Below the pieces are notes generated by a model, which worked only from the letters and a program-made list of their open reading frames with translations, searched no databases and was not told the DNA's origin. The translations under genes and the position numbers were made by a program. DNA of 64,000 bases from Candidatus Poribacteria bacterium (GTDB lineage: Bacteria; Poribacteria; WGA-4E; WGA-3G): NCBI GenBank assembly GCA_965198235.1, contig OZ240248.1:3136001-3200000 (forward strand), in the 5' to 3' direction. This document shows, piece by piece, positions 27,574 to 37,212 of this stretch; the stretch's first letter is position 1, and each line of letters opens with the position of its first letter.

Positions 27574-29613
27574 ATGGAAGGGAAACCTTATCCAGAAGCG
27601 AAGCGAAGAATTTTAATAGAGTTAAGTACAGCAGATTTTATCAAATTCTTGAAAGAAGTAACAGATCAGAAAGGCAAACTGTTTATACAAAATCAATTGC
27701 TTCAACGTAGGGTCCCCGGATTTCGAGACGGGCGTGCTCCATTCACACGAACGGTTCCGCAGTTGATTACTAAACTAAAAAGCGAACGGGAGCTTACGAA
27801 TTCCGATTCTGCTATCTGGAATTCGTTCGCGGATGTTTGGAGGTACTGGGTTAAATCGCACCAAGAATTGGATAATACCCTAACTGCCTTCGATAATAGA
27901 GCAGATTTTGATGAGAATCACAATTGTATAACGCCACTGAATAGCGAATTAGATATTGAGTGCTTCAAGTTTTTGTTAGAAGCAAGTCACAACACCTTGA
28001 TTCATCGGGAAATGATCAGACGCTTTTATGAGTATGGTTACTTCAATGAAGATGAACGGATCCAAAATTTAATCAACCAAGTGCCCTCACGCGAAGGAAT
28101 TGAACTGAGAGAACAATTAGCAGTGCTCCCTGGTAAGGTCGATGAATTGTTTCAGACTGTTGACAGATTATCTCAAAATGTTGCAGACCTTAATTCGCGA
28201 GTTCCTGCTATGAGATCTGCCGATGAATTGGAGCAAGAACTTATTGAACAAATGGCAAAGGAACGTCACTACTTTGATACTGAACTTCAAAAGCTTAAGC
28301 AAACAATCATAGACAAGCACAGCCAGTTTGATGATCGAATTTCCAGTATAATGTCGCATTCTACCCAATTAGTTGATTTGGTGAATTGGATTAGTTCGCT
28401 TGGATCAAGGTTCTCTGAACTTCAGGGATCAATCAATTCATTTGAAAACAAACTTACTGAAATTCAATCCCTTAATGAACAGGAAATTAGTCAATTGGTA
28501 GACCAGAGAATGCAAAATGGGATCAAGCAGTTAGATTCGAGAATCCTGGGGGAGATTGGAACTCTGAAAGCGAAACTTAATGCAGCAGAGAACACAATTT
28601 CCGAAATTAAATCGAAAATGACTGATGAACCGAGAATCATCGCTCAAGCTCTGAAACTCGGGGAATGGTACAAGGCTGGATTAAAGGAAAAAACAGAACG
28701 CTACACAGACGAAAATGAATATTTGGACGATTTTCGCCATTATCTACGGAGATTTGGTATAACGAATTTTGAAGATGAAGAAATGGCGGTGGCTATTCAT
28801 ATAGCGTTGAAAGCCTTTCCTGCGGTTGAGATTGCCGATCCTCGAATAATTAAAGTTTGGGAATTAATGTGCGATAACCACTTCTACGACACAACAATCA
28901 ATGTAGAAATGGGATGGCTTGGATTACAAGATTGGTTTCCAGAGCTTTTTGCCGAAGAGTGCTTTGGAATAAGACTAGAACGAGTTGAGTTGGAAGCTTC
29001 AATTGAGAAAATGCTTGAAATCGGAGATATGCCATGGGTAATATGTTTTTGCGATTGTGACAGATCATTTCCGGAGACTTACTTGCCAGGTTTTCTGGAT
29101 TGGATTAGCGGCTTTTGTCATAGTAGTGTTAGAATCCTGCTAATACGTTGTTCTGGAACCAATCGTTGCAAGACAAATGAGAATTTTTATGAACGAGTAG
29201 CCCGTTTGCCCAAACCTAAGTTCCGAGAACCTATTGAGTCGCGGGACCTGATATCCTCAGGAATCCCCCTTACGTTGTCTGAATGGGAATCTTGGTGCCA
29301 ACCGAATCTTGACATTGACTCCGAATACAAAATATACTATGATTTTCTGGAAGAACTCAGATCGACTGTTGAAAATAGGAATATGCAAGTTCCAATAGAA
29401 CTTCTTCGGGAAATTCGACATTATCTTCGACTTTCACATAACATTCTGGCAAAGACCAGCGCGCTTGATTGGGCGTTGACTATACGTTTGTTACCGTGGA
29501 TTGGAAACCGACGTAGGTTAATTGATGCAGTACTAAATCTAGTTAATGATGGAAACCAAGAATTACCTCATTTCCGAGAGGGATTACAAGTAGCAAGCGA
29601 GACAGATGAATGA
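27574..29613 (+). CDS. coiled-coil protein with a degenerate McrB-like AAA+ C-terminal domain
   Basis: Heptad-rich region (about aa 175-350); INVEMGW, CFCDCDRSFPETY and ALDWALTIRLLPWI echo McrB-type motifs; no Walker A. Confidence 0.55.
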   Translation: MEGKPYPEAKRRILIELSTADFIKFLKEVTDQKGKLFIQNQLLQRRVPGFRDGRAPFTRTVPQLITKLKSERELTNSDSAIWNSFADVWRYWVKSHQELDNTLTAFDNRADFDENHNCITPLNSELDIECFKFLLEASHNTLIHREMIRRFYEYGYFNEDERIQNLINQVPSREGIELREQLAVLPGKVDELFQTVDRLSQNVADLNSRVPAMRSADELEQELIEQMAKERHYFDTELQKLKQTIIDKHSQFDDRISSIMSHSTQLVDLVNWISSLGSRFSELQGSINSFENKLTEIQSLNEQEISQLVDQRMQNGIKQLDSRILGEIGTLKAKLNAAENTISEIKSKMTDEPRIIAQALKLGEWYKAGLKEKTERYTDENEYLDDFRHYLRRFGITNFEDEEMAVAIHIALKAFPAVEIADPRIIKVWELMCDNHFYDTTINVEMGWLGLQDWFPELFAEECFGIRLERVELEASIEKMLEIGDMPWVICFCDCDRSFPETYLPGFLDWISGFCHSSVRILLIRCSGTNRCKTNENFYERVARLPKPKFREPIESRDLISSGIPLTLSEWESWCQPNLDIDSEYKIYYDFLEELRSTVENRNMQVPIELLREIRHYLRLSHNILAKTSALDWALTIRLLPWIGNRRRLIDAVLNLVNDGNQELPHFREGLQVASETDE

Positions 29614-30497
29614 ACCCAGCGGAAACTAATGTTTTTGATAAGTTGCTTTATTACCTATCGCATGTAGGAGGACTAAGTTGGGAGAATTTCAAGCAAAAAA
29701 CCAAACTGCTGACAAGAGATGATTTAGATTTTAAAGCGTCCACTTATCTTTTATCTCTTGCCCGTTTGGGACATCTTGATTTTGACCCGATGAAGTTATC
29801 CTATGTCACTATTGCTCCCGCTGTTCTTGTGAAAACAACGGTTGAAAGCCGATATGTTCTTGCAGGTAGTCGGATACCTAATTTTCTTGAGGAGGTTAAA
29901 AAGTGTGTTTCTGAAAATGGTGGGGAATTTCGGTCAATCCCGGAAAAATATGCTCCGATGACTATTGTACTGAGCAAATTGACGGAAAAAACATTTTCAG
30001 ATCTTGAAAGCTTGGATGTCCACATTAGTTGGGATTTTTCGGCGAAACTATCACAAATACTACCCCGCCCAAGGCTCATGAGCATCCATCCTGAACTATC
30101 TTTTGTCGCTAATTTGGAGAAAAAGTTTAATCCTATTACCCTGGATTATGAATCAGTAGGTCATGGAGAGAGCACGGACGGACTTTACCAAATTTCACAA
30201 CATGGTCCCGACGTTTACGCCTTGAGATCTGGCAACCATCAACGAAAAGTTCCACGGGATTGGGCAGAATGGAATGTGCTTGCTGGAACTCCCGGGCTAA
30301 TTTATTATGAGGAAAAATCTCAAAAATGGCGAGTTAGAAGCAAATTGCTCGTACCACTAATTGTAGACCGGTGTGCGACGCTCTGTTCAGGCTATCCGTC
30401 AAAGTTAACAGGTAATTTTGTTTGCTATTCTGACGTACCAATTGACATCGCGAAGCGATTAACGAAATCACTTTATCAAAACTGGGAGGTAATTTGA
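29610..30497 (+). CDS. hypothetical defence-island protein (DruH-C/DruG-like, inferred)
   Basis: 295 aa, ATGA-coupled to the previous gene; LARLGHLD..IAPAVL and RCATLCSGYP motifs. Confidence 0.6.
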   Translation: MNPAETNVFDKLLYYLSHVGGLSWENFKQKTKLLTRDDLDFKASTYLLSLARLGHLDFDPMKLSYVTIAPAVLVKTTVESRYVLAGSRIPNFLEEVKKCVSENGGEFRSIPEKYAPMTIVLSKLTEKTFSDLESLDVHISWDFSAKLSQILPRPRLMSIHPELSFVANLEKKFNPITLDYESVGHGESTDGLYQISQHGPDVYALRSGNHQRKVPRDWAEWNVLAGTPGLIYYEEKSQKWRVRSKLLVPLIVDRCATLCSGYPSKLTGNFVCYSDVPIDIAKRLTKSLYQNWEVI

Positions 30498-33400
30498 TGT
30501 CTGATACTATTAAAACTGATCCATTTAAAACACATAAACTACTTTGTGATGACTATATCCGTTACATACAGACGATATTAGGTTTTAATAATGTGTGCTT
30601 AGAGAAAGAGCGGAAAAAGTTGTTAGAGAAAAATGGTTTGCTTTTCCAACCACCACGTTTTGAGCCGATTTTTCCTTATCCTTCTTCCGGCAAAACGCTA
30701 TCCGATTTGTGTCATAATTCACAATTACCGTCCGAACTTGGAGAATTTCTCGCAGCAGGAGGGAACGAGGGGCTTGCACCAATAGATCGCACACTCTATG
30801 AACATCAGGCAGAAGCAATTAAAGCATCAGTTGTTAATAGTGAGGATGTTGTTGTTACAACCGGCACGGGTTCTGGAAAGACGGAATGCTTTTTACTGCC
30901 AATTTTTAGTTATCTTATCAAGGAGTCCCAAAACTGGAACGTTTACGGAGAAAGGAATCCAGAGCATCCATGGTGGCGAAATCAACAGAGGCGTGTTCCG
31001 CAGCGTGAAGGCGAAAACCGTCCAGCTGCTACCCGAGCGTTGATTTTGTATCCGCTTAATGCCCTTGTAGAAGACCAATTGATGAGGCTTCGGCGCGCTT
31101 GCGATAGTCCGAAGGCACGTCAATGGCTCACTGACAACAGAGGTGATAACCGATTCTACTTCGGACGATACACTGGATTGACTCCAGTGCCCGGTCAAGA
31201 AAAAAGTGAAAAAAATACAAATCCAAACATCCGAAGACTCCAAAACCAACTTGAGAAACTACAGAAGCAAGCTGAAAAAGCTAAGGAAAACGAAGAAACG
31301 CGTTATTTCTTCCCCTCCACCGATCCTGACGCGTCTGAAATGTGGTCTCGTTGGGACATGCAAGATCACCCACCTGATATTTTAATCACAAACTATTCAA
31401 TGCTGAACATTATGCTCACCCGCGATTTGGAACAACCAATCTTTGAGAAAACCAAGGAATGGCTAAAAGAATCAGATAGTGTTTTCCATCTCGTTGTTGA
31501 TGAACTGCATTCCTACCGAGGTACAGCAGGTTCAGAGGTTGCCTATCTACTTCGGACACTGTTTAACCGTCTCAACCTTGATCCTAATTCGCCGAAATTA
31601 CGGATCATTGCGTCAAGTGCCTCCCTTGAAGGAAATGAAGGTCGCGAGTACCTTCGCCAATTTTTTGCACGAGAGAAAAACTTCAAAATTATTGGTTCGC
31701 CTCCGCATCCTGATAAAAGTGCTGAACTTCAGGAATGTCTCAAATACTCAGAACATTTTGAAACATTTAATTCAAGTGGCGATTCTACTCAGTTAGACAG
31801 GGTTTCAAAAGATATAGTCAAATCTGCGGTAGCACAACTTTGCAACTGTAATGGTAAACTGTACGCCTCAACGATTGAAGATATGCATCAGGCTGCAAAC
31901 AAAGTAGCTTCAACACCAATTTCCGAAGATGCGATTCATGGACTAATTCGCTACCTAATCCAACAGAAGGAGGGTCCAAATACAAAGAGGGCGTTGTTGC
32001 CGCTGCGTGTGCATTATTTCTTTAAAAACTTTGAAGGATTATGGGCATGTAGCAATCCAAATTGTCAAGATGGAAACGATGAAACGCCCATTGGAAAACT
32101 GTTTGCGAATCGACGTGTCCTATGTGATGAGTGTGGTTCACGAGTCATGGAATTGTTAACCTGTGAAACGTGCGGGGACATCTTTCTTGGGGGATACAAA
32201 CAAAAGATATCGGAAGATGCGCCAGGTTGGTATCTCAGCGGTGATTATCAAGATTTATCGGGTCTGCCTGAAAAGGGAATTAGAGATCGGAGTTATGATA
32301 CCTATGCCGTTTTTTGGCAGAAGACGCAAACGCCGGTTCAAAAGAATCCTTGGACAAAAAACGGTATTAAAAGACAGTGGGCACCTGCTGTGTTTTCACA
32401 TTCTGATGGGGCACTTATTCCGGATGCCTCGTCTAATGCTAACGGTTATTACTACAAAATTAATGATTCAGACGATTGGTGCTCGGAAATTCCTAAGTTT
32501 TGTCCTAATTGTGGTGATTTACGGGATTACAAATCGGAAAAGATCCTTGTCAATGGAAAAGAACAAGCACCTTCCACGCTTCGAACCAGTAGAACAGGTT
32601 TGCAAAAAATTATTCAAATTTTCACCCAAACCTTACAGACGACTATCAAAGAACAGTTAGATCGGAAAACGATTATCTTCTCTGATAGTCGGCAAGATGC
32701 AGCGAAATATGCTGTGGGTATCCAGTGGTCGCATTACCAGGACATGATTCGGCTTATCGCTGTCGAAGCAATGAAAAGGCAGTCGGAAGATAAGGATCTG
32801 GCAATCGTTCGTAATTTTCAAAATCCACGACCTGTTTTTAGAGAGTCAATTCGGCGGCTCCATAGAAGATTTCCCGATCAACGGGAATTGTTTGATTCAA
32901 TTGAAGATGCTTTTTATGATGAAGAACCTTTGAAGTCTGATGATGAAAATCAACTTAGGGCACTTGGAGGCAATTATCCGTTCACGGCTCTTCAGGATGA
33001 CTGTTTTAATGCATTTATCAACCTCGGTATGAACCCTGGAGGCTATGGTAACAAAGTGGAAATCTCTCGGGAAAAGGGTAGACTGGGTACATGGATTGAG
33101 CATAAATGGGAGGAAGTCCTCAAGTGGGATGAACATCCAGTATCAATACGTCCGCCACATCTGCTTGAAAGTCATCAAAAACAACTTGTGACAAACATCC
33201 AAGCCGAATTAAAAAGAATGATAACGGAACAGCTTCTGTTCGCACGAAGAGATATGGGATTAGAGGGGCTTGGACTCGCTTGGTGTGAACCCTATACTGA
33301 TTCGGACAAATGGCAAATTAATGAAATTGATGTTTCTGAAATGATGTCCGCCGTTACCCGAATCCTTGCTGAACGCAGATATACAAGGATTTACTATCCC

Positions 33401-35914
33401 TATACCGACCAAATGAAAAATCCTGCGTTTCTCCGAGACTATGTCAGGAAATCAGCGGAACAAATTGGGTATCCTGAGGATGAACTCATCAGAGCAGTTG
33501 AGGAACAGCAAGAATCATCAGAGAGTTTTGAAAATTGTCTCGTTCTTGTTGAAAAACTCAATCTTCGTCTTTCCCAAGGAGACACGATCTTTCGGTGTTC
33601 CAAATGCCGGCGTAAACACCTTTACAAGGCAGGAGGAATTTGCACAAATACAGTGTGCTTGGGAAAATTGGAGGAAATTGATAAGAAGAAAGACTCGTTT
33701 GAAAAATATGGTGGTTACTACGCCATTCAAGCTGATGCAGATAGACCTGAGATTCAACCTTACCGTTTTCACTGTGAAGAATTGACGGCACAAACAGATT
33801 CAGAAGAACGTCCTACCCGGCAACGGTGGTTTCAAAATGTAATACTTGATGATGAAAATCAGAAAACGGACGAGATTGACCTACTTAGCGTGACAACAAC
33901 GATGGAAGCGGGTGTTGATATTGGTGCGCTCTCAATAGTTTTGTTGGGTAACGTTCCCCCTCAACGTTTCAATTATCAACAGCGCGTTGGGCGCGCTGGA
34001 CGGCGTGGAGAACCTGTTGCATCCTCTTTGACACTTTGCCGCCTTAGAACCCATGATGATCACTACTTTTCCCATACAGATGAAATTACAAATACCCCAA
34101 CACCCTCACCGTATCTGGACCTTCGGAGTCCGGACATTATCAGAAGGGTACTGGCGAAGGAAGTCTTGTTCCATGCTTTCCCGAAACAGTCCATTGAAAC
34201 TTTAAACGAGAGAAACGTCCACGGCGAATTTGGAAAAGTCTCAGATTGGTCTACTAATTGGGAAAAACTATCCGAATGGATCAAAACGCAACAAGGACAG
34301 ATTCAGCGAATCGTACGGGTGCTTACCGCACAAACGGAATTAGACCTCCAAAACGGGACAGATGAACTGATAAATTGGGTTACCAACGAACTTGAAACTG
34401 ATATTAACGATTGCATCGAGAATCATGAACATAAGGACGATGATTTAAGCCAAGTCCTTGCGGAATCCGGCTTGCTACCAATGTTTGGATTTCCAACAGG
34501 TGTGCGTTTATTGTATCATCAACAACCCCGTATTTCCAATTGGCCTCCAACATCAGGTGTCGTTGACCGCGACATTGAACTTGCGATCAGCCAATTTGCT
34601 CCCGGTTCAGAAACCATCAAGGATAAAAAAATCCATACCTCAATAGGTATTGTATCCTACAAACGAGAGCAAAACCAAGTCGTACCTGACAAAGGTATCG
34701 CGCATAAAAAAACGATAGGTTTCTGTGAAAATTGCAAAGCGGTTTTTGAGAATGCTGATAAAGATGATAATGTCTGTGAAATTTGTGGATATGAAAAATA
34801 TAAGCCAATTCAAGGGATTGAGCCAAAGGGATTTTTGACTAATTTCATGCCTGATGATGCCCATGAATCTTTCAATTGGACACCCCGTTCAACATATTCT
34901 CGCCTACCTTCGGACACACTTACAGACCTAAAACAGGAACGCAATTTCTTATGGGAAACAGCAGAAAAATTGAAACTGCTTTCAATTAACACGAACAGCG
35001 ATCGGTTGTTTACTCTGCAAAAAGTACGAAATAGCGAAGCACTTGTATCTCCTGAAGTCTGCCATGAATTGAATGTAGAACGCGATTTGGCAGAAGAAAA
35101 ATACGTAGCCGCACTTTACGCTGCTAAGACTACAGACGTTTTGTTAATCCAGGTTAACGAAATTCCAGCAGGTATTCTGCAAAATCAAGGTGAAGAATAC
35201 TGGCGAGCTGCGCTTTACTCTTTTGGGTTCCTGTTCCGACAATTTGTGGCAAGTCAACTGGATGTATCCCCTGACGAGCTGCGAGTTGAGATTCGACCCA
35301 TGCCTGTGGAAGAGGAAGGAACATACAAACAACAAATCTTCATCGCCGATGCTTTAGCAAATGGAGCAGGATACTGCCGTCATATTGGTGAGACTGATTC
35401 GGAAGGAAAACCATTCCGATTGGTTAAGTATTTACGTAATATGGTTGAGACTAAGAATGATTTTGCAAAAGGGTTGATTGCACACGGAAATGATTGCGAT
35501 TCTTCTTGTTACAACAAAGGTTGTATGCGTGATTACTCCAATATGCCTTACCATCCGTTTCTGGATTGGAGGTTAGGGCTTGATGTAGCACAGCTTTGCT
35601 TACAAGAAAACTATCAGATGGATCTCCAAAAAGACTATTGGTCTCCACTCGTAGACTTGGTTGAAAAGAACCTCAAAGAACTTCATCGAAGTCTTGACCG
35701 TAAGGATTATGACGGTATGCCTGTTTTTGAGGATCAAGAGCGGGCTTTTATTTTACATCATCCGTTGGCTGCAATCGGAGATTGGGCAGGGGCACACATT
35801 GCCTCTGTAATTGTTGATCTTGAGGACGCTGGATTTAAAGTAGGATATATTAACATTTTTGATGCTATTCGTAGGGTGAGTGTCGTGATGAATACACTGA
35901 ATGAAAAACGATAA
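30494..35914 (+). CDS. large DEAD/DEAH helicase with zinc fingers and C-terminal DUF1998 (DruE-like)
   Basis: TGTGSGKTE, LYPLNALVEDQ, DELH, SAS, TTTMEAGVDIG, QRVGRAGRR, DALANGAGY...CDSSCY..C; 1806 aa. Confidence 0.9.
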   Translation: MMSDTIKTDPFKTHKLLCDDYIRYIQTILGFNNVCLEKERKKLLEKNGLLFQPPRFEPIFPYPSSGKTLSDLCHNSQLPSELGEFLAAGGNEGLAPIDRTLYEHQAEAIKASVVNSEDVVVTTGTGSGKTECFLLPIFSYLIKESQNWNVYGERNPEHPWWRNQQRRVPQREGENRPAATRALILYPLNALVEDQLMRLRRACDSPKARQWLTDNRGDNRFYFGRYTGLTPVPGQEKSEKNTNPNIRRLQNQLEKLQKQAEKAKENEETRYFFPSTDPDASEMWSRWDMQDHPPDILITNYSMLNIMLTRDLEQPIFEKTKEWLKESDSVFHLVVDELHSYRGTAGSEVAYLLRTLFNRLNLDPNSPKLRIIASSASLEGNEGREYLRQFFAREKNFKIIGSPPHPDKSAELQECLKYSEHFETFNSSGDSTQLDRVSKDIVKSAVAQLCNCNGKLYASTIEDMHQAANKVASTPISEDAIHGLIRYLIQQKEGPNTKRALLPLRVHYFFKNFEGLWACSNPNCQDGNDETPIGKLFANRRVLCDECGSRVMELLTCETCGDIFLGGYKQKISEDAPGWYLSGDYQDLSGLPEKGIRDRSYDTYAVFWQKTQTPVQKNPWTKNGIKRQWAPAVFSHSDGALIPDASSNANGYYYKINDSDDWCSEIPKFCPNCGDLRDYKSEKILVNGKEQAPSTLRTSRTGLQKIIQIFTQTLQTTIKEQLDRKTIIFSDSRQDAAKYAVGIQWSHYQDMIRLIAVEAMKRQSEDKDLAIVRNFQNPRPVFRESIRRLHRRFPDQRELFDSIEDAFYDEEPLKSDDENQLRALGGNYPFTALQDDCFNAFINLGMNPGGYGNKVEISREKGRLGTWIEHKWEEVLKWDEHPVSIRPPHLLESHQKQLVTNIQAELKRMITEQLLFARRDMGLEGLGLAWCEPYTDSDKWQINEIDVSEMMSAVTRILAERRYTRIYYPYTDQMKNPAFLRDYVRKSAEQIGYPEDELIRAVEEQQESSESFENCLVLVEKLNLRLSQGDTIFRCSKCRRKHLYKAGGICTNTVCLGKLEEIDKKKDSFEKYGGYYAIQADADRPEIQPYRFHCEELTAQTDSEERPTRQRWFQNVILDDENQKTDEIDLLSVTTTMEAGVDIGALSIVLLGNVPPQRFNYQQRVGRAGRRGEPVASSLTLCRLRTHDDHYFSHTDEITNTPTPSPYLDLRSPDIIRRVLAKEVLFHAFPKQSIETLNERNVHGEFGKVSDWSTNWEKLSEWIKTQQGQIQRIVRVLTAQTELDLQNGTDELINWVTNELETDINDCIENHEHKDDDLSQVLAESGLLPMFGFPTGVRLLYHQQPRISNWPPTSGVVDRDIELAISQFAPGSETIKDKKIHTSIGIVSYKREQNQVVPDKGIAHKKTIGFCENCKAVFENADKDDNVCEICGYEKYKPIQGIEPKGFLTNFMPDDAHESFNWTPRSTYSRLPSDTLTDLKQERNFLWETAEKLKLLSINTNSDRLFTLQKVRNSEALVSPEVCHELNVERDLAEEKYVAALYAAKTTDVLLIQVNEIPAGILQNQGEEYWRAALYSFGFLFRQFVASQLDVSPDELRVEIRPMPVEEEGTYKQQIFIADALANGAGYCRHIGETDSEGKPFRLVKYLRNMVETKNDFAKGLIAHGNDCDSSCYNKGCMRDYSNMPYHPFLDWRLGLDVAQLCLQENYQMDLQKDYWSPLVDLVEKNLKELHRSLDRKDYDGMPVFEDQERAFILHHPLAAIGDWAGAHIASVIVDLEDAGFKVGYINIFDAIRRVSVVMNTLNEKR

Positions 35915-37034
35915 TATGAAACTTCAACCACTCCCAAAACTTCAACCTATCACAAGATTGTCTCCAACACTCTTTTCAACTTTAAAACAGTGTCAGTTGA
36001 GGGCAGGATTAAGCCAAGCAAGAGCACAACGGACGACCAGAAGTTCAACAGCAGCACTGTTAGGGACGATCGCGCACCGCGTCTTAGAAAGGGCAGGTTC
36101 AATCAATGGAGATGAAGAGGATTTACGAATCCAAGCAGGAGCAATATGGGATAAGGCTGTAGAGCAAATGGAGGAAGATTTACAGACTTCACCCCTTGAC
36201 AGGAGTTTGTTGCCAATTAAAAGGTGGAAAAAATACTTCCTGTTGCAACAGCGGACCGTTCGCCGATACGAAGATATTGTATCAAGTCAGGGAAGGTCTG
36301 AAACGCAGGTTGTCGCGAGTGAACGTAAATTCGATAGTGTTAAAAATGGGTTTACTGGTAAACCTGATCTTATTCTCCGTAGAGAAATTGGTCTTGTGAT
36401 TATTGACTATAAGAGTGGCGAACTCCCTGATGATTCGGAAAGTCGGGAAGAGAAGATTGAGTTGTGGCAACACCAGATTTTGTTCTATGCCACAATTGTT
36501 AAGGAAGAATTTGGGGAATGGCCAGTGGAAGGGGAAATTAGATTACTGAACACAGAAGTAATCCCTATCCAAATTGACCGACAAAAAGCGGTCGCACTTG
36601 TAGAGGAAGTTCAGGCTTTAAAAGGAAATTATAACGCGAAAATTGCTGCAGGAGTGCCACTTTCAGAATTGGCACAATATTCTGTCGACAATTGTAGATT
36701 CTGCGAATTTAAAGGAGTTTGCGGCACATTCTGGAAAGAAAATCCACAGCCTGTTCCGGGAACCGACAAGTATGGATATTTGAGCGGTCGAGTCTTAAGG
36801 CTTACAATTGGTCAAAATAACAGACACTCTATAGTAATTGCCTCCGAAAAATTGGGCGAAACCTCACAGGAATGGCAAATTTCAGGTTTGTCAACTGAAC
36901 AATTTGGGAATTTAGAAGAACTGGGGCAAGGAACTCTTGTTCGATTGATTAATTTTAAAATAGAATCTGATGGATCCTACCGGGCAAAACCGACTCAAGA
37001 TTCTGTAATTTGGGAAGTTCCAGAGAGTTTCTGA
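35901..37034 (+). CDS. PD-(D/E)XK nuclease, Cas4/AddB-like with predicted 4Fe-4S cluster
   Basis: LSPT...QC, GTIAH, GKPDL, IIDYKSG, Q..FYA, CRFCEFKGVC; start 35901 or 35916. Confidence 0.85.
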   Translation: MKNDNMKLQPLPKLQPITRLSPTLFSTLKQCQLRAGLSQARAQRTTRSSTAALLGTIAHRVLERAGSINGDEEDLRIQAGAIWDKAVEQMEEDLQTSPLDRSLLPIKRWKKYFLLQQRTVRRYEDIVSSQGRSETQVVASERKFDSVKNGFTGKPDLILRREIGLVIIDYKSGELPDDSESREEKIELWQHQILFYATIVKEEFGEWPVEGEIRLLNTEVIPIQIDRQKAVALVEEVQALKGNYNAKIAAGVPLSELAQYSVDNCRFCEFKGVCGTFWKENPQPVPGTDKYGYLSGRVLRLTIGQNNRHSIVIASEKLGETSQEWQISGLSTEQFGNLEELGQGTLVRLINFKIESDGSYRAKPTQDSVIWEVPESF

Positions 37035-37053
37035 TACGCTCACGCATTTTAAT

Positions 37054-37083
37054 TTGACAAACCATTAACCCTTGTGGTATCCT
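37054..37083 (+). promoter_or_regulatory. sigma70 promoter
   Basis: TTGACA-18 nt-TATCCT with an extended -10 TG. Confidence 0.55.
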
Positions 37084-37089
37084 ATTATT

Positions 37090-37212
37090 AGGTTCACAAG
37101 GAAACCTCCAGTCCGCGGGAAGGGTCCAACCTGCCTTGTTTCTACCGAACAACTCAAATCTTCTTTCTTTGCCTGTAAATGCGGACGATAGGTGTAACGA
37201 GAGGAGATTCTC
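37090..37212 (+). ncRNA. candidate structured leader RNA upstream of the ankyrin-like gene
   Basis: Long-range stem GTCCGCG(37111)/TGCGGAC(37180), hairpins AGGTT/AACCT and TTGTT/AACAA. Confidence 0.4.

Noticed and set aside
30494-35914. Assignment of the helicase to DISARM or to a dpd (7-deazaguanine modification) cluster linked to queE
   Set aside because: No methylase, drmC PLD or SNF2 gene, and no dpdA/tgt-like gene in the operon; queE is 25 kb away among housekeeping genes.
35901-37034. cas4 of a CRISPR-Cas locus
   Set aside because: No array, cas1 or cas2 in the window.
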